Notes: generated by a model not told the origin, from the letters alone. Counted from the stretch's first letter, positions 33,425 through 43,813 are shown. The stretch: 64,000 nt of DNA from an uncultured Hormoscilla sp. (GCA_963921275.4 OZ001293.3:4384001-4448000); one strand, 5' to 3'. Numbers and translations are program-made.

Positions 33425-34305
33425 ATGATTCCTACCTTAGCAGAGGCGGTTTTAGCCGTCAGCCCTTACATCCCTGCTAAACTGATTTCCGGGAAAAACC
33501 TCCGGCATATGAGAGCGATCGCATCTCACCTGCCGGGGGCGATCGCCAGTTTTTGGGGATTTGAATGTCGCCTGGGAGAAGAAGCGCCCCTTGGGGACTT
33601 TCTCATATCCGTTAAAGCTGATGAAGGTCGGGTGATCGTTGCAGGGACCCACGATAGTATAGAATTATCGGAGTCCCTGAAAACAAATCCAGTGTGGAAC
33701 CTAGGGTGCAAGTTCAGCCAGCATTGGGCGGATTCAACCTCTCCTATTTATGAGAAAGTAGATAACATGTGGTTGGAGTTCGATGTGGATGGGGAACCTC
33801 CTGCCATTCCCATCCCCAGCTTGTTCTTTGGTTGCAGTCCCACCCAAGTGGAAAATACAGGCATCACCTTGGCCAAGGCCGAACCGTCCTCTCATGAATG
33901 GGTAACGGAAACGGCATTAAAAATCCTCCTGGGGGATAGTTTGTCTGGGGAGATAGTACAAAAATTACGGCAATGCTTGGGGGCATTACCCCCAGAGGCA
34001 TATGTTTTTCAAATTGGGCTCATGCTTGCCAGAAAAGCCGAGACAATCAGACTCTGTATTCGCAACATTTCCCCTCAAAATATTATCCTCTATCTGGAGA
34101 AAATCGGCTGGACTGGTGCAATTGACCTTCTGCAAGGGACAGTATCGGAACTCGCCAGTTTTACAGACCGCATCGACCTAGATTTAGATGTGGGTAATGC
34201 CGTGTTGCCGAAAATCGGTTTAGAATGCTATATTGAAGGGCAACCTCGCAGCGAACCGAAATGGCTGGCATTTTTGTCCTATCTGGTAGAGGGGGGTTTG
34301 TGCTA
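33425..34305 (+). pseudogene. Putative RiPP-modifying enzyme (possibly aromatic prenyltransferase-like), 3'-truncated by IS607
   Basis: Protein-like from MIPTLAE through FWGFECRLG, NMWLEFD, QIGLMLAR, LDLDVG..PKIGLECY to VEGGLC, then runs into IS left-end sequence. Function is inferred. Confidence 0.55.
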
Positions 34306-35450
34306 CAAACCCGGGCCGCTTATCAACCAGCGAAATCGTCATAATCTTACCTTTTCTCTACCAACCAGTTTCGACCACACCCCAACCCTCAACCCTCCGC
34401 CCCCCACAAGCCCGTTAACAGCCTCGCCTTGGGAATTAGATCCGATACAGAAACTGACAATGTGCAAAAGAGCAGTCACGGAGTTGCGACTAAGTGCCCG
34501 AAAACCTACACATCTCTCACGCTTTGACGATAATTCAGTATCGTCGGGATTATTATCGGTAGCAAAACATTCTACTATTTCCGTATTATCGCGCTTTCCG
34601 GCAGGTCGGATTGTGTCTGTAATAAAGCTAATAAAGCTAATGCATTTAGCAAAAAACGAGCATTGGCTGCTCGCGAATAAATGAAACATGAGTATTATAG
34701 CCCAGCCCAAGCAGCTAACCTTTTGGGAGTGCATCCAGAGTCCGGAAGAAGGTGGGAAAGAGAAGGAAAAATCACGTCGTACAGGACGCCGAGTGGGCAG
34801 CGCCGCTTCCTCAAAAGGGAAATCGAGGGATTGCTCCTCATCGGGTTGCCAACTACAACTGTTTGTTATGCAAGGGTCTCAAGCTATTCCCAACGTGAAG
34901 ATGCAAGAGCCGACAACTTGAATACCTGCGCCTTCACTATCCAGAGGCGGAGTTCATTTCTGAAATTGGAGGGGGGCTTAATTTTAAGCGGCGGAAGTTC
35001 AAAGCCATTTTGGAACGAATTGTCGAGCAGGATATCCAGCGGCTTGTCGTTGCCCACCGCGACAGACTCTGCCGATTTGGATGGGAACTGGTTGAGTGGT
35101 TATGCAAATACAATGCAGTCCAACTCGTGGTTCTCAATGAACAACAACTCAGTCCAGAGCAAGAGCTTGTTCAGGATATGCTGTCCATCATCCATTGCTT
35201 CAGTTCTCGGCTCTACGGTCTCCGAAAGTACAGAAAAGAAATCAGCTCGAAAGTACGGGAAGAATCAATTCAAGAAAAGCCGGAATGTTCAGCCGAACAG
35301 TGTCCGAAAAATCCCGTTATTTCCCGATCGGGAACTTCACGCTATTTGGAAGCAATGACTAGCTGCTTATCGCTGGGTTTATAATCAGTGCGTTGAATTT
35401 TACAATAAGGGTCGCTCTCTGGCACCCAAGCAGTCGTTAGACCAAATCGA
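34305..35450 (+). mobile_element. Degenerate, right-truncated IS607 element (frameshifted tnpA at 34681-35384; tnpB stub)
   Basis: MerR-like HTH, CYARVSS, HRDRLCRFG, FSSRLYGLRKY; tnpB start KIPLFPD...WKQ*LAAYRWVYNQ. Confidence 0.88.
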
Positions 35451-36132
35451 ACTGCCTTTTTAGCTGCCGAAAAGCATTGTAAATCTCTTCTTCATAATAA
35501 CTGCAAAAATCAATATTTCTCCCAATTGTAAATCTCTTCTTCATAATGACTGCAAAAATCAATATTTCTCCCAAAGTTCTCTGCCTGGAGATATAGTTTA
35601 TAGCCGCCCTTCTTGGCCATATCGATAAAAGCCTTTTCCACCTGTAAGATCCGCCGATTACTCGCCCCGTCTCCCGTGCACATTCTGGACATGACTCCAA
35701 TGACCAGAAACGGTTCCGCTTGGGGATAGACCAAAGGCGGGTTGAACTGGAAGAAACGAATGAAATAATAATATCCCATGGGCGCGGCATTAAAAAAGGG
35801 ACCGGCCCATTCACCACCTTCAGGGATTATCTCATGGGGGTGAGCTTTGACGAACCTATAAAGGTCGATCCAGGCTTTCATTAACTCCTTTTGAGAAACT
35901 AATAAGCTGAACCCAAAAAGATTATTTTGCTTGCCATTTTTGGGAGGCCGATCGTTCTCTTTCGGATCGTCGGTTTGCCGCTTGACTATTTTCCCGGATG
36001 CACCCAGGAGCAACTCGCCCTTTTGGGGCAAGGAAACGCCGTTAAAGGTTCGGAAACTATTTCGATGCCTAAATCTGAAAATAACTCCTCCAGGGCCCTA
36101 TTGTCTGCTGGTATTAGCTCCTTCATTTGCAT
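35437..36132 (-). pseudogene. FAD-linked oxidase C-terminal-like protein, disrupted
   Basis: KLYLQ...SHYEEEIYNAFRQLKRQFD resembles the FAD-oxidase/cytokinin dehydrogenase C-terminus. Frameshift at ~36035, a 49-bp tandem duplication (35476/35525), and cut by IS607. Confidence 0.5.
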
Positions 36133-36135
36133 ACC

Positions 36136-37530
36136 TCAATCCAACCAGTGTAACCGATCTGGCGAAGGAACGAGATTGCCTTCTATAGCAGGTAAAGATT
36201 CCACCTGTTCCATCTGGGCGATCGCTGCGGTCAAGAGCATTTTCCCATTCAGCTGGCGTAGGGACTCAACCGAGGACATATTTTTGGGTAGGGGGCGTTT
36301 TTCGCGAATCAGACGATCTACATTTTGCTCGAATGGTTCCAAGCTAAAACTATTCGTATCTCTGAGCCATTTCCGCATCCAGGCATGGTAAGTCGGGCGT
36401 TCTTTTTTCATGTCATAAAGCCCTGACAACAATTGATAGAACCTGCTATACTCCAAGCGATAGCGCAGTTCAAATTCATGCAAGCAAACAGCTTCATCTA
36501 TCTCGCCCCGCAAAGTCGTGTTAATCGAGCGGGCGGCCAACAGGGCGCCATAGGTTGCCAAATGTACCCCCGAGGAAAACAGCACATCGATAAAGCAGGC
36601 AGCATCGCCAACCAGGAGAATACCTGGCTTCCAGAAATGGGAATGGCAGTAGGAAAATTCCTGACGCATGCGAATTTCCCCATAGGGAATTTCCCTTGCT
36701 GGCTGGGCCCCTGCCAAATATTCTGATATAATCGGACAAGCTGCAATATAATCTTGCAGAGTTCCGGCCAAATTTCCTCGATTCTCTTTGAGCTTGCCAG
36801 TCCGTTCTTCGGGCAATACAGCACCAACGCTAGTGAGAGTATCGTCAAGGGGGATGTACCACAACCACCCATCGTCAAATGCTTCAAATAGAACGTTTCC
36901 GCTGTCTGGTTGGGGCAGGCGTTTGCCGTTAACAAAATAGCCGTATATAGCGATATTGCGATAGAACTGGGAGTAGAGGCGATCGCCTACCTGCTGGGCC
37001 ATTTTGCTTTGATGTCCCGAAGCATCTACCACAAAACGGGCCGTTGCCCTTTCTTCACGACCGTTCCCATCGCCGAACACAACTCCCGTTACCCGATCGC
37101 CCGACCAAACCAAATTTTTCACTCGGTGTTGTTCGCGGACATCAACGCCCTTTTCTCTAGCATTATCCAGCAGAATGCGATCAAACTCCGCCCGTTTCAC
37201 TTGGTAGGCGTAGACTCTGCTATAGTCATTGGGGTCTCCTACAACTAGAGAGCTGCCAAAATTGAGAGTCCAAGCACCTGTTTCCTTGCCCCAAGAAAAA
37301 GTCCCACCCCTTTTCTTGATAAAACCCGCCTGCTTGACTGAGTCGCCAACACCAAGTAACTGCACAATACCATTGATTGTCGCTGGTAATAGGGACTCGC
37401 CAATTTGATAACGAGGGAAGCGTTCCCGTTCCAGCAAAAGCACCTTATGCCCCTGCATGGCTACCAGAGTGGCCGCTGTTGACCCTGCCGGTCCGCCTCC
37501 GATCGCAATCATATCGTATTCTTTGTCCAT
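36136..37530 (-). CDS. Flavin-dependent halogenase (CndH/VhaA-like phenolic type)
   Basis: GGGPAG, FPRYQIGESLLP, KRGGTFSWG (catalytic Lys region), WLWYIP, GDAACF..FSSGVHLA. Confidence 0.92.
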   Translation of the reverse strand: MDKEYDMIAIGGGPAGSTAATLVAMQGHKVLLLERERFPRYQIGESLLPATINGIVQLLGVGDSVKQAGFIKKRGGTFSWGKETGAWTLNFGSSLVVGDPNDYSRVYAYQVKRAEFDRILLDNAREKGVDVREQHRVKNLVWSGDRVTGVVFGDGNGREERATARFVVDASGHQSKMAQQVGDRLYSQFYRNIAIYGYFVNGKRLPQPDSGNVLFEAFDDGWLWYIPLDDTLTSVGAVLPEERTGKLKENRGNLAGTLQDYIAACPIISEYLAGAQPAREIPYGEIRMRQEFSYCHSHFWKPGILLVGDAACFIDVLFSSGVHLATYGALLAARSINTTLRGEIDEAVCLHEFELRYRLEYSRFYQLLSGLYDMKKERPTYHAWMRKWLRDTNSFSLEPFEQNVDRLIREKRPLPKNMSSVESLRQLNGKMLLTAAIAQMEQVESLPAIEGNLVPSPDRLHWLD

Positions 37531-37666
37531 TTACACCATCCTGTTTGCGAGGGCCTATTTCTGAAGGAGCATCTCTTCATTGACTCCATACCCAGGATAG
37601 CATCCCCTGACCAAATCGTCAAGGGAGCGATCCTTTGCAAATAAGTTAGTTTTGACAATCTAACTC

Positions 37667-37822
37667 AAGTTGCTACCTATAAAAATTGCGACCTCCCAGA
37701 CAGCCATTTTGGTAAATTTATTCGCCAAAATGCTGTTTTGGGGTAAATCACAAGGTAATTTTGGCTGATTTTGGCTGATTTTGGCGCTTTGCAAGGAGTT
37801 GAGGTTCTATAGGTAGCAACTT
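37667..37822. mobile_element. MITE (156 bp)
   Basis: Perfect 15-bp inverted repeats AAGTTGCTACCTATA / TATAGGTAGCAACTT. Confidence 0.8.
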
Positions 37823-38026
37823 AGGTCAATCTAGTATAATAGAGGTTGACGTGGTTAGCAGAGCGAGGGTGTCAAAAAGAAAACATCGGTAAGCAATTAA
37901 GCATTAGTTAGCGATCGTCGATACCGTCGTCGCGTCCCCGAAGACATCGTACTCGCACTACCCCACTGTTCCAGAAAAATCGCCCATCGTCTTTGTTGTT
38001 GTACTTGGGAGTTAAAGGTTGAGAAA

Positions 38027-38653
38027 ATGGGATACAGTAGCTTTCAACTATCTGAGGTGGTAAAAAAGTTTGATTTACAAGTTAACCGAGAACAGAACCT
38101 ATTCTGCTTAATTACCGAAGTAACATACAGCGAGTATCTACAATTTGTCCTGGATAACTACCTACCTCTAGCCATTGATATTAATACGGAGAAAGCCCGT
38201 TCGGAAATGATAATCACACCTATCTTGCTAGAGTTAAAACAAGAAATCAAGCATAAAATTAGTCTGTTTTCGGGTAAAACCCTGACAGTAAATGCGGAAC
38301 AAGGACTAAACGGTGAATGTAACTATATCATCAGTCTTTCTCCCGAACAGTTATTTATTCGGGCTCCGATCGTTACCTTAGTAGAGGCGAAAAATGAAGA
38401 TATTATCGGAAGTTTAGGACAATGTGTAGCGCAAATGTTGGCGACACAAATATTTAACGAACGAGAGGAAAATCAAATTACTTCAGTTTATGGTTTTGTG
38501 ATGACAGGAACAGCTTGGCGCTTTTTGAGATTGACTGATAAGAGGGTTGATATTGATACCCAGGAATATTATATCAGTAACATTAGGAAAATTATGGGAA
38601 TTTTCCACAGCATCATTGACTCGGGACTAGGGGGTTCGCCTCATGGTTCGTAG
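38027..38653 (+). CDS. Conserved cyanobacterial hypothetical protein, PD-(D/E)XK/HsdR-N-like
   Basis: TEKARSEMII.PIL, VEAKNEDI, QCVAQM, TGTAWRF. Confidence 0.7.
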   Translation: MGYSSFQLSEVVKKFDLQVNREQNLFCLITEVTYSEYLQFVLDNYLPLAIDINTEKARSEMIITPILLELKQEIKHKISLFSGKTLTVNAEQGLNGECNYIISLSPEQLFIRAPIVTLVEAKNEDIIGSLGQCVAQMLATQIFNEREENQITSVYGFVMTGTAWRFLRLTDKRVDIDTQEYYISNIRKIMGIFHSIIDSGLGGSPHGS

Positions 38654-38739
38654 TCAGGACTTTGGTCCCTGCGATCGGGGAACACTCTTCCTGTTTACTA
38701 CGAAGCTTTAGCCATTGACATTCACCGCCAAACCCGGCA

Positions 38740-38913
38740 TCAGATGCAAAACCTAGGAGCATCAGCAAACAGGAATTGGTATTCGGGCAGGTTCAGCATT
38801 GGCGCTATTGGGGGCAAATCTTGCATATTGGCACCCCAACCATGTAAGCAGACCATTAACTTGCTTGGGTCTTGACCGTTGACTGGTGGAACAGTAATAA
38901 ATTGTAAAGACAA
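38740..38913 (-). pseudogene. Phospholipase/carboxylesterase N-terminal fragment
   Basis: LHGWGANMQDL...YQFLFADAP, then truncated. Confidence 0.7.
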
Positions 38914-39611
38914 GGCTTTTTCTCCAAATTCAGCTCCGGGTGTGGTTCTGGGACACCTAATAGTATGCAGGCAGAGCCGTGGGAACGAGGGGGGTGCGGC
39001 TACAAGAATCAAGCAATGTCCGGAGCGATTTTTCGCGCAGACGGAGTTTGCAGCCTGGTGCCAGATCCCCGGATAACGCCCCCCTCCGCTGCGAGGGCAA
39101 CCTTTCTCCGCGGGCTACAGTGCTTGCTAATTTAAGAATGAAATAGCCCTGCCAGCTTACCATACTCATGGTACCGATCTACAGGAGCATCTCAATGCAT
39201 GTATTTGGAAGGTCAAGGGGATTCTTGGGAATGGCAAATTACAAATCTGAGATGCATTCGGGATCGACTATTTTGGTTACTGAAAGTTCACATCACTGGG
39301 GTGGAGTTGGTGGAACCGGGCGGTAAATTTTCCTGGGGGACGTGCGGAACTACGGCAACAGATTGGTTTGCTGCCCGAGAACTTCGACCGAGCATCGACC
39401 CCGAGTTCTTCATCGCCCTAAAAGAGCATTTACTCCCAATCAGTCATGTAGAAATTTAACTCAGGGCGCTATCAAAACGAACCGACTTGCTTCTTTTACA
39501 ATGGAGACCAAACCTGAAGAAAAGTTTAAAAATCAACTTGGGAAGATGGTTTGGGACGATCGCCTTTATCCTGATGAAGGCACAATATGGATGATTCCTC
39601 ATAGTATAGCG

Positions 39612-41150
39612 ATGGCACCACTAGCACTGCTGAGTACCTCTGATAAAACTGGACTGATTGACTTGGCCCGCTCTCTCGTGCAAGAATTTGGTTTCGATCT
39701 GATTAGCAGTGGTGGCACAGCGGCTACCCTGAAAGAGGCTGGTTTACCGGTAACCAAAGTGGCTGACTACACCGGGTTTCCCGAAATTTTGGGCGGTCGC
39801 GTCAAAACCTTGCATCCCCGCATTCATGGTGGTATCCTAGCAAGGCGGGATCTGGAACGGGATCGGGCGGATTTGTCAAGTCACGAGATTCGCCCGCTTG
39901 ACTTGGTTGTGGTCAATCTCTATCCTTTTGCACGGACGATCGCCCAAGATCATGTTACATTAGCAGAGGCGATAGAGCAAATCGATATTGGCGGACCGAC
40001 TCTCCTGCGGGCAGCGGCGAAAAACTTCGCTCACCTGACTGTATTGTGTAATCCTGCCGATTATAATGCCTATTTGCAGGAGTTGCGCGACCATGGGGGA
40101 AAAGCTTCTCTGGAATTTCGCCAAGGACGGGCCCTACAGGTATTCTCCCATACGGCGGGGTACGATCGGGCGATCGCCTCCTACCTGGCGGGTCAAGCAG
40201 AAACCACAGTACCCGAACAATATACGCTTTCAGGGCAACAGCTGCAAGTGCTGCGCTACGGAGAGAACCCCCATCAACCGGCTGCTTGGTATGAAACTGG
40301 GACAAATAAGAGTGGTTGGGCGGCAGCGACCAAACTGCAAGGCAAGGAACTGAGTTATAACAACTTAGTAGACTTAGAGGCCGCCCGTCGTTTGATTAGT
40401 GAATTTACAGACAGCCCAGCAGCAGCCGTCCTCAAGCATAGCAATCCCTGTGGCGTCGCGTCGGGCAGTACGCTGTCAGAAGCTTACGAGAAAGCCTTCG
40501 CTGCTGACTCGGTATCCGCTTTTGGTGGTATCGTGGCTTTGAATCGGGCGATCGACGCCCCCACGGCCCAGATCATGGTCCAGACCTTTTTAGAATGCGT
40601 GGTCGCCCCGAACTGCGAACCAGAGGCCAAGTCAATTCTAGCAGCCAAATCTAAGTTGCGGGTCTTAACCTTGCCCCGTCTTGGTGATAGAGTAAACGAG
40701 ACTGTCAAAGCGATTGCGGGAGGTTTTCTGGTCCAGGGGTCGGACGAGGAGGCGGAGAACCCCCAGGAGTGGCAAGTCGCGACGGAGGCCAAACCCACCC
40801 CAGAGCAGATGTCAGAACTGCTGTTTGCCTGGAAAGTGGTCAAGCATGTAAAATCGAATGCGATCGTCGTCACGGGCGATCGGGTGACCCTGGGCATTGG
40901 GGCTGGTCAAATGAACCGCGTAGGTGCAGTAGAGATTGCCCTGAAACAGGCAGGGGACAAAGCCCAAGGGAGGATACTAGCCAGCGATGGCTTCTTTCCC
41001 TTCGACGACTCCGTGCGTGCCGCCGCAGCTGCTGGCATTAGCGCCATTATCCAGCCTGGAGGTAGCATCCGGGACAAAGATTCCATAACGGCAGCCAATG
41101 AATTAGGATTAGTAATGGTCTTGACTGGAACGAGACATTTTTGGCATTAG
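39612..41150 (+). CDS. purH: Bifunctional AICAR transformylase/IMP cyclohydrolase
   Basis: SDKTG, GRVKTLHP, IDIGGP, LRYGENPHQ, ASDGFFPF, TGTRHFWH. Confidence 0.98.
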   Translation: MAPLALLSTSDKTGLIDLARSLVQEFGFDLISSGGTAATLKEAGLPVTKVADYTGFPEILGGRVKTLHPRIHGGILARRDLERDRADLSSHEIRPLDLVVVNLYPFARTIAQDHVTLAEAIEQIDIGGPTLLRAAAKNFAHLTVLCNPADYNAYLQELRDHGGKASLEFRQGRALQVFSHTAGYDRAIASYLAGQAETTVPEQYTLSGQQLQVLRYGENPHQPAAWYETGTNKSGWAAATKLQGKELSYNNLVDLEAARRLISEFTDSPAAAVLKHSNPCGVASGSTLSEAYEKAFAADSVSAFGGIVALNRAIDAPTAQIMVQTFLECVVAPNCEPEAKSILAAKSKLRVLTLPRLGDRVNETVKAIAGGFLVQGSDEEAENPQEWQVATEAKPTPEQMSELLFAWKVVKHVKSNAIVVTGDRVTLGIGAGQMNRVGAVEIALKQAGDKAQGRILASDGFFPFDDSVRAAAAAGISAIIQPGGSIRDKDSITAANELGLVMVLTGTRHFWH

Positions 41151-41335
41151 GACATATACATGGAAAGTACAACAACACCACCGCAAGCCGAATCCAGGGA
41201 TGTAAAAGTGACGATTCTCCTAGCGGGAGGACATCAGTATACTAGCCAAAATTTAATTGGGATAATCACGGAACCGCCGATGTTTATGCAACCGCAGCAA
41301 CAACAGCCTGCGGATGCTGCAAGTTAAACTGTTTC

Positions 41336-41430
41336 GGGGGTTCGTAGTAAACGCTTTAACGTTTGCTGGGGGGTTCATAGTAAACGCTTTAGCGTTTGCT
41401 GGGGGGTTCGTAGTAAACGCTTTAGCGTTT
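41336..41430. repeat. 33-bp REP-like tandem repeat x3
   Basis: GGGGGTTCGTAGTAAACGCTTTAGCGTTTGCTG: GTAG followed by hairpin AAACGC..GCGTTT. Confidence 0.85.
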
Positions 41431-41650
41431 ACAGAGAAACAGGCGCTGCTACTGGTTCAATTTGTGCAGCTGAGACAGCAATCACTTCAAAACCATTCCT
41501 GTTTTCGTCCAATACCTCTAAAACGTAGCCATCTTCTTGTCCTTCTGGTCTCGGACAATAATCCACTATGATTGCCGAAATACCCTGAGGCAAATTATAC
41601 TCAGGAATATCTGAGAGCAGTTTAACTTCTGAAAACATTTCAAATTTCAT
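41429..41650 (-). CDS. DUF4926-like small protein
   Basis: EVKLLSDIPEYNLPQG...IVD...GYVLEV. Confidence 0.65.
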   Translation of the reverse strand: MKFEMFSEVKLLSDIPEYNLPQGISAIIVDYCPRPEGQEDGYVLEVLDENRNGFEVIAVSAAQIEPVAAPVSL

Positions 41651-42099
41651 AGTTGACCTCTTTCTAGTTAATTAGGCAGGAGGGTCACGAACCTTGTCTC
41701 ATTAGATAATGAATAGACCTTTCCCAAATATAAATTTTTGCTATAATAAGATTTGAAAATTTAATTTTGAGTCTATAAATATGAGTTATATTGTCCAATA
41801 TTTTGCATGATAAAAAATTTATAAACGGGATATCATCTGCTGAAATTAAGAAACCCGGTTTCTAGGCTATATCCCGAGAATAGGGTCGCCAATGCAAAGG
41901 AGGGGCGATATGAGGGAAGTGAGAGCTGTTAAAGTACAATGATCGTGCTGTGTAAATTTTGAGCCAGAAGAGAAAGATGACTGCATGGGTTAAAGTGTGG
42001 GTACAGGGAAAACTGCATCTCGAAGCTTACTCTTAGTTTGCCTCAGCGCTTTAATCGCGATCGGACCGCAAGGGTAGACTACCAGTTCTAGTCTAGTGG

Positions 42100-42334
42100 C
42101 CAAACAGAAACTAGGAGTGAGACCAACGGCACCGATCGCATTAGATTTCACGGCGATGTCTCCTGTGTGCCGTATGTCCCCTGGGACAAGAGATCTGGCA
42201 GAGATATCGAAACCCCCACCCTGTCATCGATCGGGAAAGCAGCTTCCCACGGTTGCGTCCGGATGCGGAATGAGGATGTCGTGGCTTTATTCGAGCAAGT
42301 GCAAGTGGGGACACCGGTAGTCATAGAACCGTAG
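42100..42334 (+). pseudogene. L,D-transpeptidase (YkuD) C-terminal remnant
   Basis: IRFHG[insertion 42155-42208]TP...[35 protein letters not shown]. Confidence 0.85.
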
Positions 42335-42852
42335 GACGGGCAGATCGTCTGTCCGAATCCCAGGATGGGCCGATCGGGAGTCAGAGCGCTGGTGGCTGAA
42401 AAGCCCACAGGATAAGGATTTTAGCCTCAGACGCCAAACAGGAGCATAAGGTAAAGCTATAGTGGTCAGTTCTCAGTGGTGGTCTTTGGTTGAGGCGATC
42501 GGTGTTGGTAAATTACCGCGTTCGCGTTGCGAATCAGGACAAACCCAAGGTTCAATTGCAGAAGTGACCACTTCGCGATCTAATCAACCGGGCTGCTATT
42601 TACATTGAATATATACAGAGGACAGCACAAAGGGCTCGTCCTAAACAGTCAAACTATAATAAAGAGAGGAAGCCCATTATGAAATTAGTCACCACAGACA
42701 TATTTTTTGCAGGACTGGCCGCTGCTATTGGCGTGAGTATTACCCAAACCACCGATGTCAATCTGGCTGCTATTTACATTGAATATATACAGAGGACAGC
42801 ACAAAGGGCTCGTCCCAAACAGTCAAACTATAACAAAGAGAGGGAGGAAATT

Positions 42853-43344
42853 ATGAGATTAATCACCACAAGCATATTTTTTGCAGGACTGGCCGCTGCT
42901 ATTGGCGTGAGTATTACCCAAACCACCGAAGGCGGCTGGAACATCAAAACTCCACCCATTCCGGCTATGAATATTACCATTAACACGGGGGAACAACCTA
43001 CTACTCCAGTCCAGGAGGTAATACCCATCTCCGAAAAATTATCCGAAAAAGTCTCAGAAGAACCTGAGTTTTATCAATCCTTGCCCAATCGGGATGTAGT
43101 ATTTGCCCCAGGAACCGACCATCTGGATGTTTCTGGTGAAGGCGCAACCCAGCTCAACTACAATATAATCGCCTTAGAAGGCCAGCAGATTGTAATTACC
43201 AGCTTGTCCGGTCAGGTAAAAACGGAGGTATTTACACCCAGCGGCGGTTTGTTGAGTGAAAATGAACCTTTACCGATAACCGGGAAATATACAATCAACG
43301 TTAGGGCTGCCAGTCCTTACACCCTCAGAATAAAAGTCAATTGA
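42853..43344 (+). CDS. Exported hypothetical protein (PPC-like C-terminus)
   Basis: N-terminal hydrophobic segment; LPITGKYTINV...YTLRIKV. Promoter and 5' end are duplicated (42591-42755 / 42765-42929). Confidence 0.6.
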   Translation: MRLITTSIFFAGLAAAIGVSITQTTEGGWNIKTPPIPAMNITINTGEQPTTPVQEVIPISEKLSEKVSEEPEFYQSLPNRDVVFAPGTDHLDVSGEGATQLNYNIIALEGQQIVITSLSGQVKTEVFTPSGGLLSENEPLPITGKYTINVRAASPYTLRIKVN

Positions 43345-43496
43345 CGATCGACCGTCTCAATTGTCAGTACATCCCGACATAAGTAAATGAATTAAGAAAC
43401 CCGGTTTTTCCAAAAAACAGGGTTTCTGCGCTACTGATGACCGGGCCCTGTCTCCGGGGACAGGGTTTGGGTTTAAGCTGACTCATATCAAATCTA

Positions 43497-43662
43497 CTGG
43501 ACAGTGCGAAGTTCTATAGGGAACTGCTTGAAAGGAAGCGGGTTTGGGCCCGATCGACCGACCATGAGCAATTCGCGAGCTCATAAAGGCTGTAAGCCTT
43601 TCGTCCCAAGGGGTTCAGCTTTTAGGATCGGTCCGATTTTCAGAGAACTTCGCACTCTCCAG
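43497..43662. mobile_element. MITE (166 bp) with a 9-bp target duplication
   Basis: TIRs CTGGACAGTGCGAAGTTCT / AGAACTTCGCACTCTCCAG; flanks TCAAATCTA / TCAAATCGA. Confidence 0.85.
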
Positions 43663-43702
43663 TCAAATCGAGTTGAATGCCCATAATAAAAAATGAGCGC
43701 AA

Positions 43703-43780
43703 CTGTAGGTTGGGTTGAAGCACGAAACCCAACCGCACCAAGGCATGTTGGGTTTCTTCCCGCTAAGCCCAACCTACAGT
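43703..43780. repeat. Inverted REP doublet
   Basis: CTGTAGGTTGGGTT...AACCCAAC and GTTGGGTTT...CCCAACCTACAG; related singlets at ~887-917 and ~13943-13982. Confidence 0.7.
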
Positions 43781-43813
43781 ATTAAGATTATCCAGATGTG
43801 ATATCAGATACAT

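Noticed and set aside
33164..34684. 506-aa ORF as one protein
   Set aside because: The first 87 codons are the duplicated intergenic unit and the last ~125 are IS607 left-end sequence.
39342..39611. N-terminal extension of PurH
   Set aside because: Homology begins at MAPLALLS (39612).
42679..42852. N-terminal repeat domain
   Set aside because: Results from a local duplication (174-bp offset) of promoter, RBS and gene start.
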